From contig NC_043021.1 in NCBI RefSeq assembly GCF_006345805.1, forward strand, positions 14,694,001 to 14,758,000: a DNA stretch of 64,000 bases. Reading direction: 5' to 3'. The position numbers and the translations under genes are program-made. How positions within the stretch are numbered: the stretch's first letter is position 1; each line of letters begins with the position of its first letter. Positions 37,720-51,480 of this stretch are shown here, in pieces. This stretch comes from Octopus sinensis. Lineage: Eukaryota. The notes below the pieces were generated by a model. The model did not search any database. It saw only the letters and a program-made list of their open reading frames with translations, and was not told the origin of the DNA.

Positions 37720-39539
37720 GCGAGCTGGCAGAATCGTTAGCATGCCGGACAAAATGCTTAGCAGCATTTTGGTCTTTCTTTAACGTTCTGAGTTCAAATT
37801 CTGCAATGGTCGACTTTGCCTTTTATCTTTCTGGAGTCGATAGATTAAATACCAATGTAATTGACTAGTTCCTTCCCACCAAATTTCAGGCATTGTGCCT
37901 GCAGTAGAAAGGATCATTGTTATTATTATTATTATTATTATTATCATTATTATTAAATTCTGTCGAGTTCAACTTAGCCTTTCATCATTTTGGGGTTGAC
38001 AGAATAAGTACCAGTAAAACACTGGGGATCAATGCAATCAACACATTCCAACCTCCCCAGCTGCCCTTGTGGCGAAAATTTGAAATAATAATAATATAAT
38101 AATAAATTATTATTATTATTATTATTATTATTACAGCAGCGAGCTGGCAGAATCATTACCACACCAGGCAAAATGCTTAGCAGTATTTCATCTGCTGCTA
38201 TGTTCTGAGTTCAAATTCTGCCAAGGTTAACCTTGCCTTTCATCCTTTCAGGGTCAATGTTCTACCTGTATTGCAGCCCCTATTTGTTCTACGTACTTCT
38301 CAAGATTTTCATTCACTGTTCCCAGGGCTCCGACAATTATTGGTACTACTACCACCTTTTTCATCAACCACAACTGCTTTACCTCCCAAGCTAACCTGTC
38401 ATACTTATCGACTTTTCTTTCTTCCTTATCGCATACCTTGTTGTCAGTTGGGCATGCTATATCTATTATTATTATTACTACTATTATTATCATTTTATCA
38501 TCATTACTGCTCTTAATATGAATGGTTTTTCTGTCTTAATAGTTTGTGTGTGTGTGTGTGTGTGATTAGTTGTTATTGTGGACCCTAAAGATATTCCAGT
38601 TATGACCATCCTGCTTTTTCTTTTCAATATAAGTACACTTTGGACCACATTAGTTTTTTGTTTTTTAAATATTAAATGGCACAGAATGTGGCCTGAGGAA
38701 GATTTGGTTGCTATTTCTAGTAGGACAGGCAACTAGAGTCTCCTGCATTAGTTTATATATAAAGCCTCCAAGAAAGAATTGGCAAAGTGGAATAAAACTA
38801 CTTTTGAAATGGGGATGGGTTGCCTCTCAAAATACAAGGGTTTGAAACTTTTGTTTTTTGTTTTTTTTTCTCCATCATAATCATCACCATCATCACTATT
38901 AATTCTATTAGTGGTGAGAAGCACCACCACTGCCACCATCATCACCACCACCACCACCACCACTATCATCACCACCACCACTGCCACCATCATCACCACC
39001 ACCACTATCATCACCACCACCACTGCCACCATCATCACCACCACCACCACCACTACCACCATCACCACCATCACTCGTGTTGTTGTTTAAGCTTAAGTCA
39101 GCTTTGATCAAGCAGACTCATAATCAAAGGTATTCCAGCCATGACCAACCCCATTTATTTGTTGTATACGATAGAGTTATTTGTTCCAAATGTGTGTAAA
39201 TGTATCCTTTTATTTAAGACAGTACAATGTTATCTTGAGGGAGATGTGCCTGCTGCTATTTCTAGCAGACTGAGCAACCATGTAGAGGATCCATCTCCCT
39301 CCAAACTCCCCCCCCCCCGCCACTGTTAGCTTTGTCATCACCGTTGTCATCACCTGTCATCATCACTCCGGGCTGCCAATTACAAGAATAGGTGATGACG
39401 ATGATGACGATGCTGATGATTACCTTTAATCATAAATTATATAAACAATCGTTATCATCATCATCATCATGATAAATCATATCAGCATGGAAAAATAACA
39501 CACCACCAATCAAAATGTTGATAAACTTAAGTGGTAGGT

Positions 39540-39558
39540 GGGGTGGGGTGGGGTGGGG
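39540..39558 (+). other. G-quadruplex-forming motif (G4T)3G4
   Basis: GGGGTGGGGTGGGGTGGGG read directly. Confidence 0.7.
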
Positions 39559-39692
39559 TTAATGAGGAGATAATGTTAATTTTGGAGTATAGGGTGTGTG
39601 GTGGTGATGGTGGAGCTGATATTGGGGTGCAGGTGATAGTATATGCAGATCTAATATATTTATATATGTTTATATTATATATGTAGTCATAT

Positions 39693-39734
<42 letters not shown>

Positions 39735-40329
39735 ATCCCCACATGTATTTATACACACACAGATACATATAAAAATGTGTGTATACATGTATGTATGAAT
39801 TTATTTATCTATGTATGTTAAGTAAGAATGTTTTAATGCTTTTTTTTTTTTTTTTACATCAGAATTTTAAGAAAACCAATTTCACACTGAACTGAAAAAT
39901 TACTCAGTACTTTTTTAGTAGAGTACATGTTTAATAAACTTTTACAGTGGAAAGAGTAACAGTGACTTTGAAGTTTTGACTGGCTTGCTTTCATCAGACT
40001 ACACACTCACACATACACGTGCACACGCATGCACTGTCAGTACCATTCTTGCTAAAGAATAATATATATACACACACACATATATATATATATTTCTTTA
40101 CTACCCACAAGGGGCTAAACAGAGGGGACAAACAAGGACAGACAAAGGGATTAAGTCGATTACATAGACCCCAGTGCGAAACTGGTACTTTATTTATTGA
40201 CCCAGAAAGGATGAAAGGCAAAGTCGACCTCGGCGGAATTTGAACTCAGAATGTAACGGCAGACGAAAAACGGCTACGCATTTCGCCCGGCGTGCTAACG
40301 TTTCTGCCAGCTCGCAGACACATATATAT

Positions 40330-40376
<47 letters not shown>

Positions 40377-40573
40377 TACATACATATACACACACACATA
40401 CATACATACATATACACACACATACATACATACATATACACACACATACATACATACACACATATATATACACACATACACATATATACACACACATATA
40501 TATATACACACGTATACACACATATATATACACACCACACACATACATATATATATACATACACACACACATA

Positions 40574-40828
40574 TTGGGCTCGTTCATAATCATTGCGGCT
40601 TTTTTTCAACAAATTTTATTCAACAAAAACAATAACAATATTTCACAAAAACATCTTTAAGTGACGGTCTGACCATCTGCCAAGCAAATGGGAAGCAGTA
40701 ATTGAAGTAGATGGTGAATATGCTCCGGAATAATCATTTAAAAGATGTTTTTGTTACATGTTTGTTATTGTTTTTGTTGAATAAAATTTGTTGTAAAAAA
40801 AGCTGCAATAATTATTGCACCAACCCAA
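40574..40828. mobile_element. mariner-derived MITE with about 85-bp TIRs
   Basis: TA|TTGGG...CCCAA|TA with mariner-type TIR TTGGGTTGGTGCAATAATTATTGC. The core encodes GLDHLPSKWEAVIEVDGEYAPE*, a mariner C-terminus. Confidence 0.85.
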
Positions 40829-40829
40829 T

Positions 40830-41234
40830 ACATCAACTTCCAGTGCTCATCTGGTACTTTATCGATCCTGAAGGGATGAAAGACAAAGTCGACCATGGTG
40901 GAATTTGAACTCAGAACGTAAAGATGGATGGAATACTGCTAAACATTTCACCTGGTGTGCAAACGATTCTGCCAGCTCGCTGCCATAATAATAATAATGA
41001 TAATAATAGTAATAATAATAATCCTTTCTTTTATAGGTACAAGGCCTGGAATTCATGAGTAGTGGGATAATTGATCACATCAACCCCAGTCCTTGACTGG
41101 TATTTAATTTATTGACCCTGAAGGGATGAAAGGCAAAGTTGACCTCGGCCGAATTTGAACTCAGAATGTAGCGATAGGTGAAATGCCACTAAGCATTTTG
41201 CCTGGTGTGCAAACGATTCTGCCACCTCATCGCC

Positions 41235-41270
<36 letters not shown>

Positions 41271-41490
41271 GTGGTTTCGAATCTTGGCAGAAGGCTGGCA
41301 GTTTGGTGGGTAGGGCCAAGTTGATTACAGTGACCCCCCCAATGCTCAGTTAGTGCTTATTTTATTGACCACGAAAGGACGAAAGGCAAAGTCGACCTTG
41401 GCAGAATTTGAACTCAGAACACAAAAATGGACAAAATGCCTCCAAACATTTTGCCTGGCATGCTAACGATTCTGCCAGATCGCCGCTTTA
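40830..41490 (-). mobile_element. Cluster of three co-oriented SINE family 2 copies
   Basis: GAAAGGCAAAGTCGACC...GAATTTGAACTCAGAA three times with (TAA)n spacers. Other minus-strand copies at 40085-40316 and 43605-44027 (two). Confidence 0.8.
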
Positions 41491-43396
41491 TAACAACAAC
41501 AACAATAATAATAATAATAATAATAATATGATAATAATAATCATAATAATAATAATGACTGAATTCCAAATATCTATTTCCAATGAATGTCATATGCAGG
41601 GTGAAAAAAGAGAAACGAGGAATAGGGGGGGGGGGCTACAGAGTGCTAACAGGCCCCAAATTTTGCATTTTATCAACATGAGGTCTTCAAATAGTGTTAC
41701 CTTTAAGACCCAAAGGAATTACCTAAGGGGGGGGGATGGCGGTGGTGGTGAAGGTGAGGAATGAGAAGGAGAAATAAAATGTGTCTTCTTTCTCGCTGTT
41801 ATTAGTAAATCACAAAGAATGAAGCTATTTTTAGGGATAAAGAATAACAAAAGGAGGAGGGGATCAGAGTGATGGATGGATATATACACATACATAACAT
41901 ACATACATACATACATAACAGATGCATGCATATATAAAATCACACATACACCGACATAATACACACATATGCCTAAATACACAGAGACATACATAAACAC
42001 ACATGCACATACATACACAAACATACAGATAGACAGATACACACATATATACATACATATATAACATAGATGCATACAGACATAAACACATACACCTACA
42101 TAAATACACACGCATATCTCTAAATACACAGACACATATATAAATACATGCAAACGTAAACACAAATGTGCAGATACATATATATATATATATATATATA
42201 CACTTACACACACATCCATATACACATGGATACATACACACATGCACACACATACACACATACATACACAAACACACACACATATACACACACACATACA
42301 TACACACACACATACACACACACACACATACATACATACACACACATACATACATACACACACACACATACATACATACATACGTACGTATGCACGTACA
42401 TACCTACACATATACGTACATACATACATACCTACGTATGCACGTACATACCTACACATATACGTACGTACATACATACATACCTACACATATATACGAA
42501 CGTACATACATACATACATACACATATACATACGTACATACATACATACACATATACATACGTACATACATACATACACATATATATACGTACGTACATA
42601 CATACATACACATATATATACGTACGTACATACATACATACATACATACACATATATACATACATACATACAGCTCACAAAAGAACCCCTAATTTGTAGC
42701 CCTGATTTGTACATGAGTCACCTGTTTGTAGACTCAGTTGGTGAAATAGAAGCGTTGTTTGAAGTGCTTGTGAAAACATCTAACTAGTAAATTGGGAAGG
42801 GCTGGGACCAGGGGGTAGGGAATAGACGGCAGGGAGAGATTGCAGGCGGGTGCACAGACAGCTGGAGAGTGAATGAAGGAGGCTGGCTCCCTTTAAACAC
42901 ACACACACACATGGAGACATCCTTATATGTTGTTAAAGCATGGCTTTGTGCTTACCACGTGCACATGTAGAAACATGCCCACATAAACACACACACACAC
43001 GCTAAGACATGTGTACACAAATGCACACACACACACTCATGAATATGTGCACACAAACACACAAGCAAACATGCATAGTAGCATACACACAAACACACAC
43101 ACACGTACACAAACATACTCACAAACATGCATATTAACATACATTCACACATGTGTATACAAACACACAAATATGTTAACAACACACAATACACTCTTTC
43201 TTTCTTTCTTCTTTCTTTCACACACACATTAACACATGCACACACACTCATATATATATATAAGCAAACACATAATAATTCACAAACTTACACAAGTGTA
43301 CGCAAACACATTGTAAGACACACACATATACACATGTAGACAGACACACATAGTAACACACACAAACATGCAAACTTACACACACACACAGACACG

Positions 43397-43432
<36 letters not shown>

Positions 43433-44708
43433 GAGTCCCTTAAACAGCTAAGATATTGGTTTCTCAGAGTGGCACAAGGTCATGAGTTTGGCAGGTAACA
43501 TGTAATTCAACCCCTCGTACATGACCGGTACCTTATTTTAACCATTCCGGAAGAATGAATATTAGAATTGGGTGGCTTTAGCACAATCCACTCTGTTGCA
43601 AGTATTCTTGCTTCTTATTTCTTTATTGCCCACACAAGGGGCTAAACATAGAGGGGACAAACATGGACAGACAAACGGATTAAGTCGATTACATCAACCC
43701 CAGTGCGTAACTGGTACTTAATTTATTGAGCCCGAAAGGATGAAAGGCAAAGTCGACCACGGCAGAATTTGAACTCAGAACGTAAAGACAGACGAAATAC
43801 TTCTTATTTCTTTATTGTCCATGAAGGGCTAAACGTAGAGGGGACAAACATGGACAGACAAGGGGATTAAGTTGATTACATCGACCCCAGTGTGTAACTG
43901 GTACTTAATTTATCAACCCTGAAAGGATGAAAGGCAAAGTCGACCTTGGCGGAATTTGAACTCAGAATGTAGCGGCAGATGAAATACCAAAGCATTTCGC
44001 CCGGTATGCTAACGTTTCTGCCAGCTCGTATTCTGGATGATGAGACTTTGTCAGTCATTCCTTCCACCAACCTCTGTAGAGGTGCCAAAACTTTTACATA
44101 CTTAGAAACCAGATCAAGAACCATATAGGGGGACAAATCACAAGTGATCACGTGACCAACCAGGCAATCAGATGTTACACATCACTGGTCACAATGCGCT
44201 TTTGTATTGTTTTAGCCTTCAAAGAATGTCAACCCACTGGCTAGGCAAGCAGGTCAACATTGTCCCCTGATCAAAAGAGAAACTGGAGCAATGTGAAATG
44301 AAGTGTCTTGCTCAAGGACTCAGCATGCTGCTCAATCAGGGAATCAAACCCATGATTTAGCCATCATGAGTGCAACAGCCTAACCACTCAGCCATGCTCC
44401 TTCAGAGGGACAAATACTAAATGATAATTCTTCACATCAGCAGGAAACTCTAATTTCTCACATTACTAGGGTCAAATAAATTTGGACTTCGAAGAAAACC
44501 ATGATGGTCTGTGTCAGAAATTAGTCCAGGGGTCGGCACATTTCTTACCTCATTGACCTTCACATAGAAGTGCTGGTAACTTATTACCATCACGCAAATT
44601 TCTAAAATAACTATTAAAAAGTGTAGTTGCTAAAATATTTCTTGATTTAAAAACAACAATTCTTTTGTCCATTTGTGTTATTACTGCTTTTTAAAAAAAT
44701 ATATTTAA

Positions 44709-45846
44709 CCCTTTTAATATGAAACTGGCTCTGGCTCTGAGTACAAATGTCTTGTTTTCATAAGTTTCGAATTAAAATCTTCCACCAAACCTTAGTCACA
44801 ATTTATGTTCCTAACACTAGCTGAATGATAACAAAGTTATTTTACTAAATTCTTTGTTATATTTAAAGCAATTGAAAGAAACACAGAGCATCTCAAAATA
44901 AATATAGTAACATCACCATGATATTTTTAACCCATTTGATACCAACCCAGCTGAAACCAGCTCTGGCTCCGTAGTACAAATGTCTTGTTTTCATAAGTTT
45001 TGAATTAAAATCTTCCACCAAACCTTGTCACAATTTATGTTCCTAACACTAGCCTAATGATAACTAAGTTATTTTACTAAATTCTTTGTTATATTAAAGC
45101 AATTGAAAGAAAACACAGCATCTCAAAATAAATATAGTAACATCATCATGATATTTTTAACCCATTTGATACCAACCCAGCTGAAACCAGCTCTGGCTCC
45201 GTAGTACAAATGTCTTGTTTTCATAAGTTTTGAATTAAAATCTTCCACCAAACTTTGTCACAATTTATGTTCCTAACACTAGCCTAATGATAACTAAGTT
45301 ATTTTACTAAATTCTTTGTTATATTTAAAGCAATTGAAAGAAACACAGAGCATCTCAAAATAAATATAGTAACATCACCATGATATTTTTAACCCATTTG
45401 ATACCAACCCAGCTGAAACCAGCTCTGGCTCCGTAGTACAAATGTCTTGTTTTCATAAGTTTTGAATTAAAATCTTCCACCAAACCTTTGTCACAATTTA
45501 TGTTCCTAACACTAGCCTAATGATAACTAAGTTATTTTACTAAATTCTTTGTTATATTTAAAGCAATTGAAAGAAACACAGAGCATCTCAAAATAAATAT
45601 AGTAACATCACCATGATATTTTTAACCCATTTGATACCAACCCAGCTGAAACCAGCTCTGGCTCCGTAGTACAAATGTCTTGTTTTCATAAGTTTTGAAT
45701 TAAAATCTTCCACCAAACCTTAGTCACAATTTATGTTCCTAACACTAGCTGAATGATAACGAAGTTATTTTACTAAATTCTTTGTTATATTTAAAGCAAT
45801 TGAAAGAAACACAGAGCATCTCAAAATAAATAGAGTAACAAAATGG
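44709..45846 (+). repeat. Five-unit tandem array (about 230-bp period) of piggyBac-like MITE family A
   Basis: TTAA-CCC unit starts at 44705, 44927, 45157, 45389 and 45622; junction GTAACATCACCATGATATTTTTAACCCATTTGATACC. Confidence 0.9.
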
Positions 45847-46061
45847 ATAAAGTAATTTCATGAAAATGTGTAACAAATTTGATAAAAAAACAAACAAAAC
45901 TCAGTCCTATTATTATATTGATATAACTGAATATTTAATGTGAAAAATGTGTTTAATGAATGTTAGTTATTGCACTGAGACTTGGCTGGAAATTAATGAG
46001 CTTTAGGCTTAAAATACCATCTCTTCCAGGATTCAGTTTACTAATGATTCAGCACCCTTAA

Positions 46062-46539
46062 CCCTTTCGTTACCAACCAGGCTGAAATCGCCTCTGGCTC
46101 TTTAGTACAAATGTCTTGTTTTCATAAGTTTTGAATTAAAATCTTCCACCAAACCTTACTCACAATTCATGTTCTTAACACTAGCTTAATGATAACTAAG
46201 TTATTTTACTAAATTCTTTGTCATCATCATCATCATCGTCGTTTAACGTCCGCTTTCCATGCTGGCATGGGTTGGACGATTTGACCGGGGTCTGGGAAGC
46301 CAGGAGGCTGCACCAGGCTCCAATCTGATCTGGCAGAGCTTCTACAGCTGGGTGCTCTTCCTAACGCCAACCACTCCAAGAGTTTAGAAGGGTGCTTTTA
46401 CGTGCCACTGGCACGAGGGCCAGTCAGACGGTACTGGCAACAGCCATGCTCAAATGGTGTTTTTTTACGTGCCACCTGCACAGGTGCCAGTCCAGCGGCA
46501 CTGGCAATGACCTCGCCCATAAATACAGTAATGAAAGGG
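46062..46539 (+). mobile_element. MITE family A interrupted by an (ATG)n-tailed retroposon (46221-46518, minus)
   Basis: TTAA at 46058-46061 and 46540-46543; internal sequence lost at the insertion point. Confidence 0.8.
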
Positions 46540-47231
46540 TTAAAAGCACAAAATCATTTGAAGTGTTTATTGACCCACATAGACCCACAAGGGACCAATA
46601 CCGACTACTTTACTGATCCCTGAATTAGTCAAAGAAGGATCTGAAAGATATGTCAAGGGACATAACTGAATCCCACAAGGCACTTTGTCCAAGACCCTAG
46701 TAATTCTACCAATCCATCTTAGATACTAAATTATTACTAAATGAAATAAAATGGAGGTGATTTGGTAAAGCTGGTTTGCTGAGGAGACCAAATGCAAAAC
46801 AATATTTTTACTTTGTCTCTTCATATAGTTTTTTTACCTCAACACTAAGTTCGTTAAAGGTAGCAGGCTAGAAGAATCGTTAGCAAGCCAGGTAAAATGC
46901 ATAGTGGCATTTTATCCATCTTTACAGTCTGAATTCAAATTCCACCCAAGTCAACTTTGCTTTTTATCCTTTTGGGTGTTGGTGGAATAAGTACCAGGTG
47001 ATTACTGAAGGTGGGGGATGTAATTGACTTACCTCCTCCACCAAATTTGCTGGCCTTGTACCAAAATTTGAAATCAATATTGTAAGATCATCATAGTGTT
47101 GGATAAAACACCTTGTAGTATTTGTTCCGATGCATGCTTTTTAAAGGCTTGAGACCACTGTAGCAAAAGGGACAACAAGGAAGAAGAAAAGGTCTACAAA
47201 TTTAAAAGATGTCAATTGACAGAAAGCTTAA

Positions 47232-47452
47232 CCCTTACATTACCAACCCGGCTGAAACTGGCTGTGGCTCTGTAGTACAAATGTTTTGTTTTCATAAGTT
47301 TTGAATTAAAATCTTTCACCAAACCTTAGTCCCAATTTATGTTCCCAACATTAGCTTAATGATAACAAAGTTATTTTACTAAATTCTTTGTTATATTTAA
47401 AATAATTGAAAGAAATGCAGAGCATCTCAAAATAAATACAGTAATGAAAGGG
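47232..47452 (+). mobile_element. piggyBac-like MITE family A
   Basis: TTAA at 47228-47231 and 47453-47456; TIRs CCCTTACATTAC / GTAATGAAAGGG. Confidence 0.85.
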
Positions 47453-47559
47453 TTAAAGGACTAATTATCATAGATAGACCAGAAGAAAACAAGATGATGG
47501 CTGTGAGTTCCAGAGAGTTTAAGGAAAGAAGCTATTGGAATAAAAGCACTTATGACTAA

Positions 47560-48380
47560 GAGGAAACTGAATCAAGGGACGATGTGGCTGGGAAGAGAAG
47601 CAGGTGACACATTTTAAGGTCTTGGCAGACAATACAAAAGATATGAAAGTTCATCAGAGCAGACTGGAAATACTTATTAAAGAAACAAAATGAAGATACA
47701 ATTTGATGATGAGCCAAAGACTCCAACCAAGTAGAAAGAAGAGTTTTCACCATGTCGATAATTTGATTCTAAATTTGAAAAGAAAATGATGATAATGAGT
47801 TCCAGAGAGGAGCAGTTTGAGGAGAGAAGCTGTTAGGATAGAAGGATTTGTGATTACCAGAAAACTCAACAGAGAAAAAAATGTGCCTGGAGAGAGAAGG
47901 GGAGGGCAGGAGGAGCCATTGAGGTAAGTAAGCAGAGATAGGTGTGGAGAGGTGGGAAGGAGGTGACCTCATATGCATCACCACCACCAACATCCTCATC
48001 ATTGACAGAAGATGATAGACAAGGAAGTTCATTAGAGCAATGACCATGGAGACACTTATAGAAAAGACACAACAAAGATACATTTTGATGATGAGCCAAA
48101 GATGCCAAGTAGAAAGATAAGGACCCAACATGTTAACTCAAATCTGAATTTGAAAACAAGATAATGGCAATGGGTTTCAGATATTGAGGAAAGACTTATG
48201 ACTAACAGGAAGCTGAATTGAGAAATGATGTGCCTGGGAAGAGAAGCAATGGGTACAAGTCTAAAGGTCTTGACAGAGGGAAGTAGACCAGAAAGTTCAT
48301 CAGATCAATGACCCAGGAAACGCTTAAAGAAAAAGACACACCAAACATACATTTCAACAATGAGCCAAAGATGCCAACCT
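47560..48380 (-). mobile_element. Three tandem decayed fragments of a CR1/L2-group LINE ORF2 C-terminus
   Basis: Minus-strand SLAHHQNVSLLCLFYKCLHGHCSNEL and SFYPNSFSPQTAPLWNSLSS resemble L.HRR.V..L.LFY.Y..G.CS.EL...FFP.T..LWN.LP. The motif gatgagccaaaga recurs at about 47708, 48089 and 48358. Confidence 0.7.
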
Positions 48381-48471
48381 AATGATTTCAAATCCTGAGG
48401 TCAACTTTGCCTTTCATCCTTTCAAGGTTTGATATAAAAAAGCACCAATCCAAAGAGGTGGGTTAGCAGAA

Positions 48472-48765
48472 ATCATCATCATCATCATTGTTCGACCGTG
48501 GTCGATACAATGGAATTTACCATGCTACGCCAGACTTCACGGTCCATCATAGCATTACGGAGGTCCTGTTGCTGGATGCCTGTATCCCTGGAGATTACCT
48601 CAGGGTAGGAGAGTGTGCGCCCTCTGGTATTGCGAGTAGATGGCTTCCAGAGGAGAAGAGTAGAAATTGCCTTGTTTTCAGCTCTACAACAATGTCCAGC
48701 AAACTGGACTCTCCTACCTTTCACAAGAGATGACACAGGTGGTAGTTTCCCCAGGTGAGATTCCT
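48472..48765 (-). mobile_element. RTE-like LINE 3' end
   Basis: Open frame LPPVSSLVKGRRVQFAGHCCRAENKAISTLLLWKP...RGRTLSYPEVISRDTG...AMMDREVWRSMV...EQ* (stop 48485-48487), then a (TGA)n tail. This is the RTE RR...GH..R...W.P...GRP...D...DR..WR C-terminus. Confidence 0.9.
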
Positions 48766-48829
48766 TGCAGAATCTGTTCTGGGTCTTTGTTTTTTGACAG
48801 TTACAGACACCATTGGTGCCAGGCCCAAG

Positions 48830-49381
48830 CTGTATTGAGTCCAAGTTAGATGCCCTTTCTCTTGGATGAAAATTGGTGGCATAGAAGGAAGAGTTGTACG
48901 TATGGGCAATGGGTAAGTGTTCCTTTAAAAAAATCTAGCCCTGGCTTGTGCATAAAAATTCCAGTCTTCATATGAAAACTTATCTGGCCATATGGAAATA
49001 TTGACCTTGAAGCTGTATTGAGCCCAAGTTAGACGCCCTTTCTCTTGGATGAAAATTGGTGGCATAGAGAAGGAAGAGTTGTACGCATGGGCAATGGGTA
49101 AGTGTTCCTTTAAAAAAATCTAGCCCTGGCTTGTGCATAAAAATTCCAGTCTTCAGACGAAAACTTATCTGGCCATATGGAAATATTGACCTTGAAGCTG
49201 TATTGGGCCCAAGTTAGACGCCCTTTCTCTTGGATGAAAATTGGTGGCATAGAGAAGGAAGAGTTGTACGCATGGGCAATGGGTAAGTGTTCCTTTAAAA
49301 AAATCTAGCCCTGGCTTGTGCATAAAAATTCCAGTCTTCAGATGAAAACTTATCTGGCCATATGGCAATATTGACCTTGAA
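48830..49381. repeat. Tandem triplication, 183/185-bp unit
   Basis: ctgtattg.gcccaagttaga starts at 48830, 49013 and 49198; units nearly identical. Confidence 0.9.
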
Positions 49382-49812
49382 GGTTGGTGACAGAAAGGGC
49401 ATCCAGCTGTGAAAAGCCTACCTCAACAAAGTCAGCTTGACCCATGCAAAGCATGGAAAAGTGAAAGTTAAATAATGATGCTGATGATGATGACAGTTCA
49501 ACTGAATAAATGACCCAGTACATCTGTGGAATGCAATATTTATAATTTTTTGACTGAGCCTTTGAAGTCTTGGTGATGGTAGGTAATTCATTAGTAAAAC
49601 CTTGAAGTCACTGTCGCCAATTTATAACACACACACACACAGAATATGACCCATATCTCCTCTGCACTTCGCCTCCATCTTCACTCCCCGACACCAGTAC
49701 CATCATGATCATCATCATCATCAGCATCACCACTTACAACATTAACATTGCTACAACTACCATTATCAACCCCCACCAACACATCCTCCCCTACGTGTCA
49801 CCCCCTCTTACT

Positions 49813-49851
<39 letters not shown>

Positions 49852-50591
49852 ATTGCCTCTCTCATAGAACTTACTCTAACCACCACCAGAACACCAGCCC
49901 ACCCTTGCTATCACCCCTTCCCTGCTACCATCACCACCACCACCACCACCACCACCACTACTACTATCACTCACTACAACTTCACCGCCCCCATCACCAG
50001 CACCACGACCACCACTCATCACTGTTACACCCCACCCCACCTCACCACCACCACCACTTTAAAAAACAGACTCCCTCTCCCCTCCTTGTATTTACTGATG
50101 TCTCACTGATAAACCTTACTGAGACAGAGTCAGAGTGTGTGTTTGCGTTAGGCGGCAGAAGGGGAGGGCAGGAGGAGCCATTGAGGTAAGCAGAGATAGG
50201 TGTGGAAAGGTGGGAAGGAGGTGACCTCATATCCATCACCACCACCACCCGCCATCATCATCATTATCATCATCATACACTCAGCTCCTCCCTCCTTAAG
50301 GAGGTGAGGGGGTGGCTTCTAAGGCAGGGGTGGGGGAACAGTGTGAGGAAATAGTATAAAGGTGAGGAAAGGCAGTGGAGGAAGGAGGTGGTGGTGGTGG
50401 TGATAGGTGGGGTGGGGTCAGGCAGTATGACTAGACAGGTCATAGGTTGGTTCTCTCTTTCTCTCTCTTTTCTCTAAAGCGTGTATGTGACTTTGTAAAT
50501 GTGTGTGTGTGTGCGTGTATGAGTGCATTTGTGTGTATGTGTGTATGTATATGCATGCAAGTGCATGCCTATAGATGTAAACTGCTCTATC

Positions 50592-50639
<48 letters not shown>

Positions 50640-50714
50640 CCGACACATACGTGCACACACACACACACACACACACATCTATTTTGTGTATGCATGTGTG
50701 AGAAAGAAAGAGCA

Positions 50715-50751
<37 letters not shown>

Positions 50752-50753
<2 letters not shown>

Positions 50754-51480
50754 ACATGTATATGTATGTGAGTGGGAGACAGGGTGCTAGTTGTGTGTGT
50801 GTGGTGTGTGTGCACATGTATATATGTATGAGAGAGAGAGAGAGAGAGTGAGTGGGAGACAGAGGGTGCTAGTTGTGTGTGTGTGTGTGTGTGTGCACAT
50901 GTATATGTATGTGAGTGGGAGACAGGGTGCTAGTTGTGTGTGTGTGTGTGTGTGTGTGCACATGTATATGTATGTGAGTGGGAGACAGGGTGCTAGTTGT
51001 GTGTGTGTGTGTGTGTGCACATGTATATATGTATGAGAGAGAGAGAGAGTGAGTGGGAGACAGAGGGTGCTAGTTGTGTGTGTGTGTGTGTGTGTGTGTG
51101 TGCACATGTATATGTATGTGAGTGGGAGACAGGGTGCTAGTTGTGTGTGTGTGTGTGTGTGTGCACATGTATATGTATGTGAGTGGGAGACAGGGTGCTA
51201 GTTGTGTGTGTCTGTGTGTGTGTGCACATGTATATGTATGTGAGTGAGAGACAGGGTGCTAGTTGTGTGTGTGTGTGTGTGTGCACATGTATATGTATGT
51301 GAGTGGGAGACAGGGTGCTAGTTGTGTGTGTGTGTGTGTGTGTGCACATGTATATATGTATGAGAGAGAGAGAGTGAGTAGGAGACAGAGGGTGCTAGTT
51401 GTGTGTGTGTGTGTGTGTGTGTGCACATGTATATGTATGTGAGTGGGAGACAGGGTGCTAGTTGTGTGTGTGTGTGTGTG
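50752..51480. repeat. Composite minisatellite: 11 copies of GCACATGTATATGTATGTGAGTGGGAGACAGGGTGCTAGTT separated by variable (GT)n
   Basis: Unit starts at about 50752, 50812, 50895, 50957, 51016, 51102, 51163, 51223, 51283, 51344 and 51423. Confidence 0.9.
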
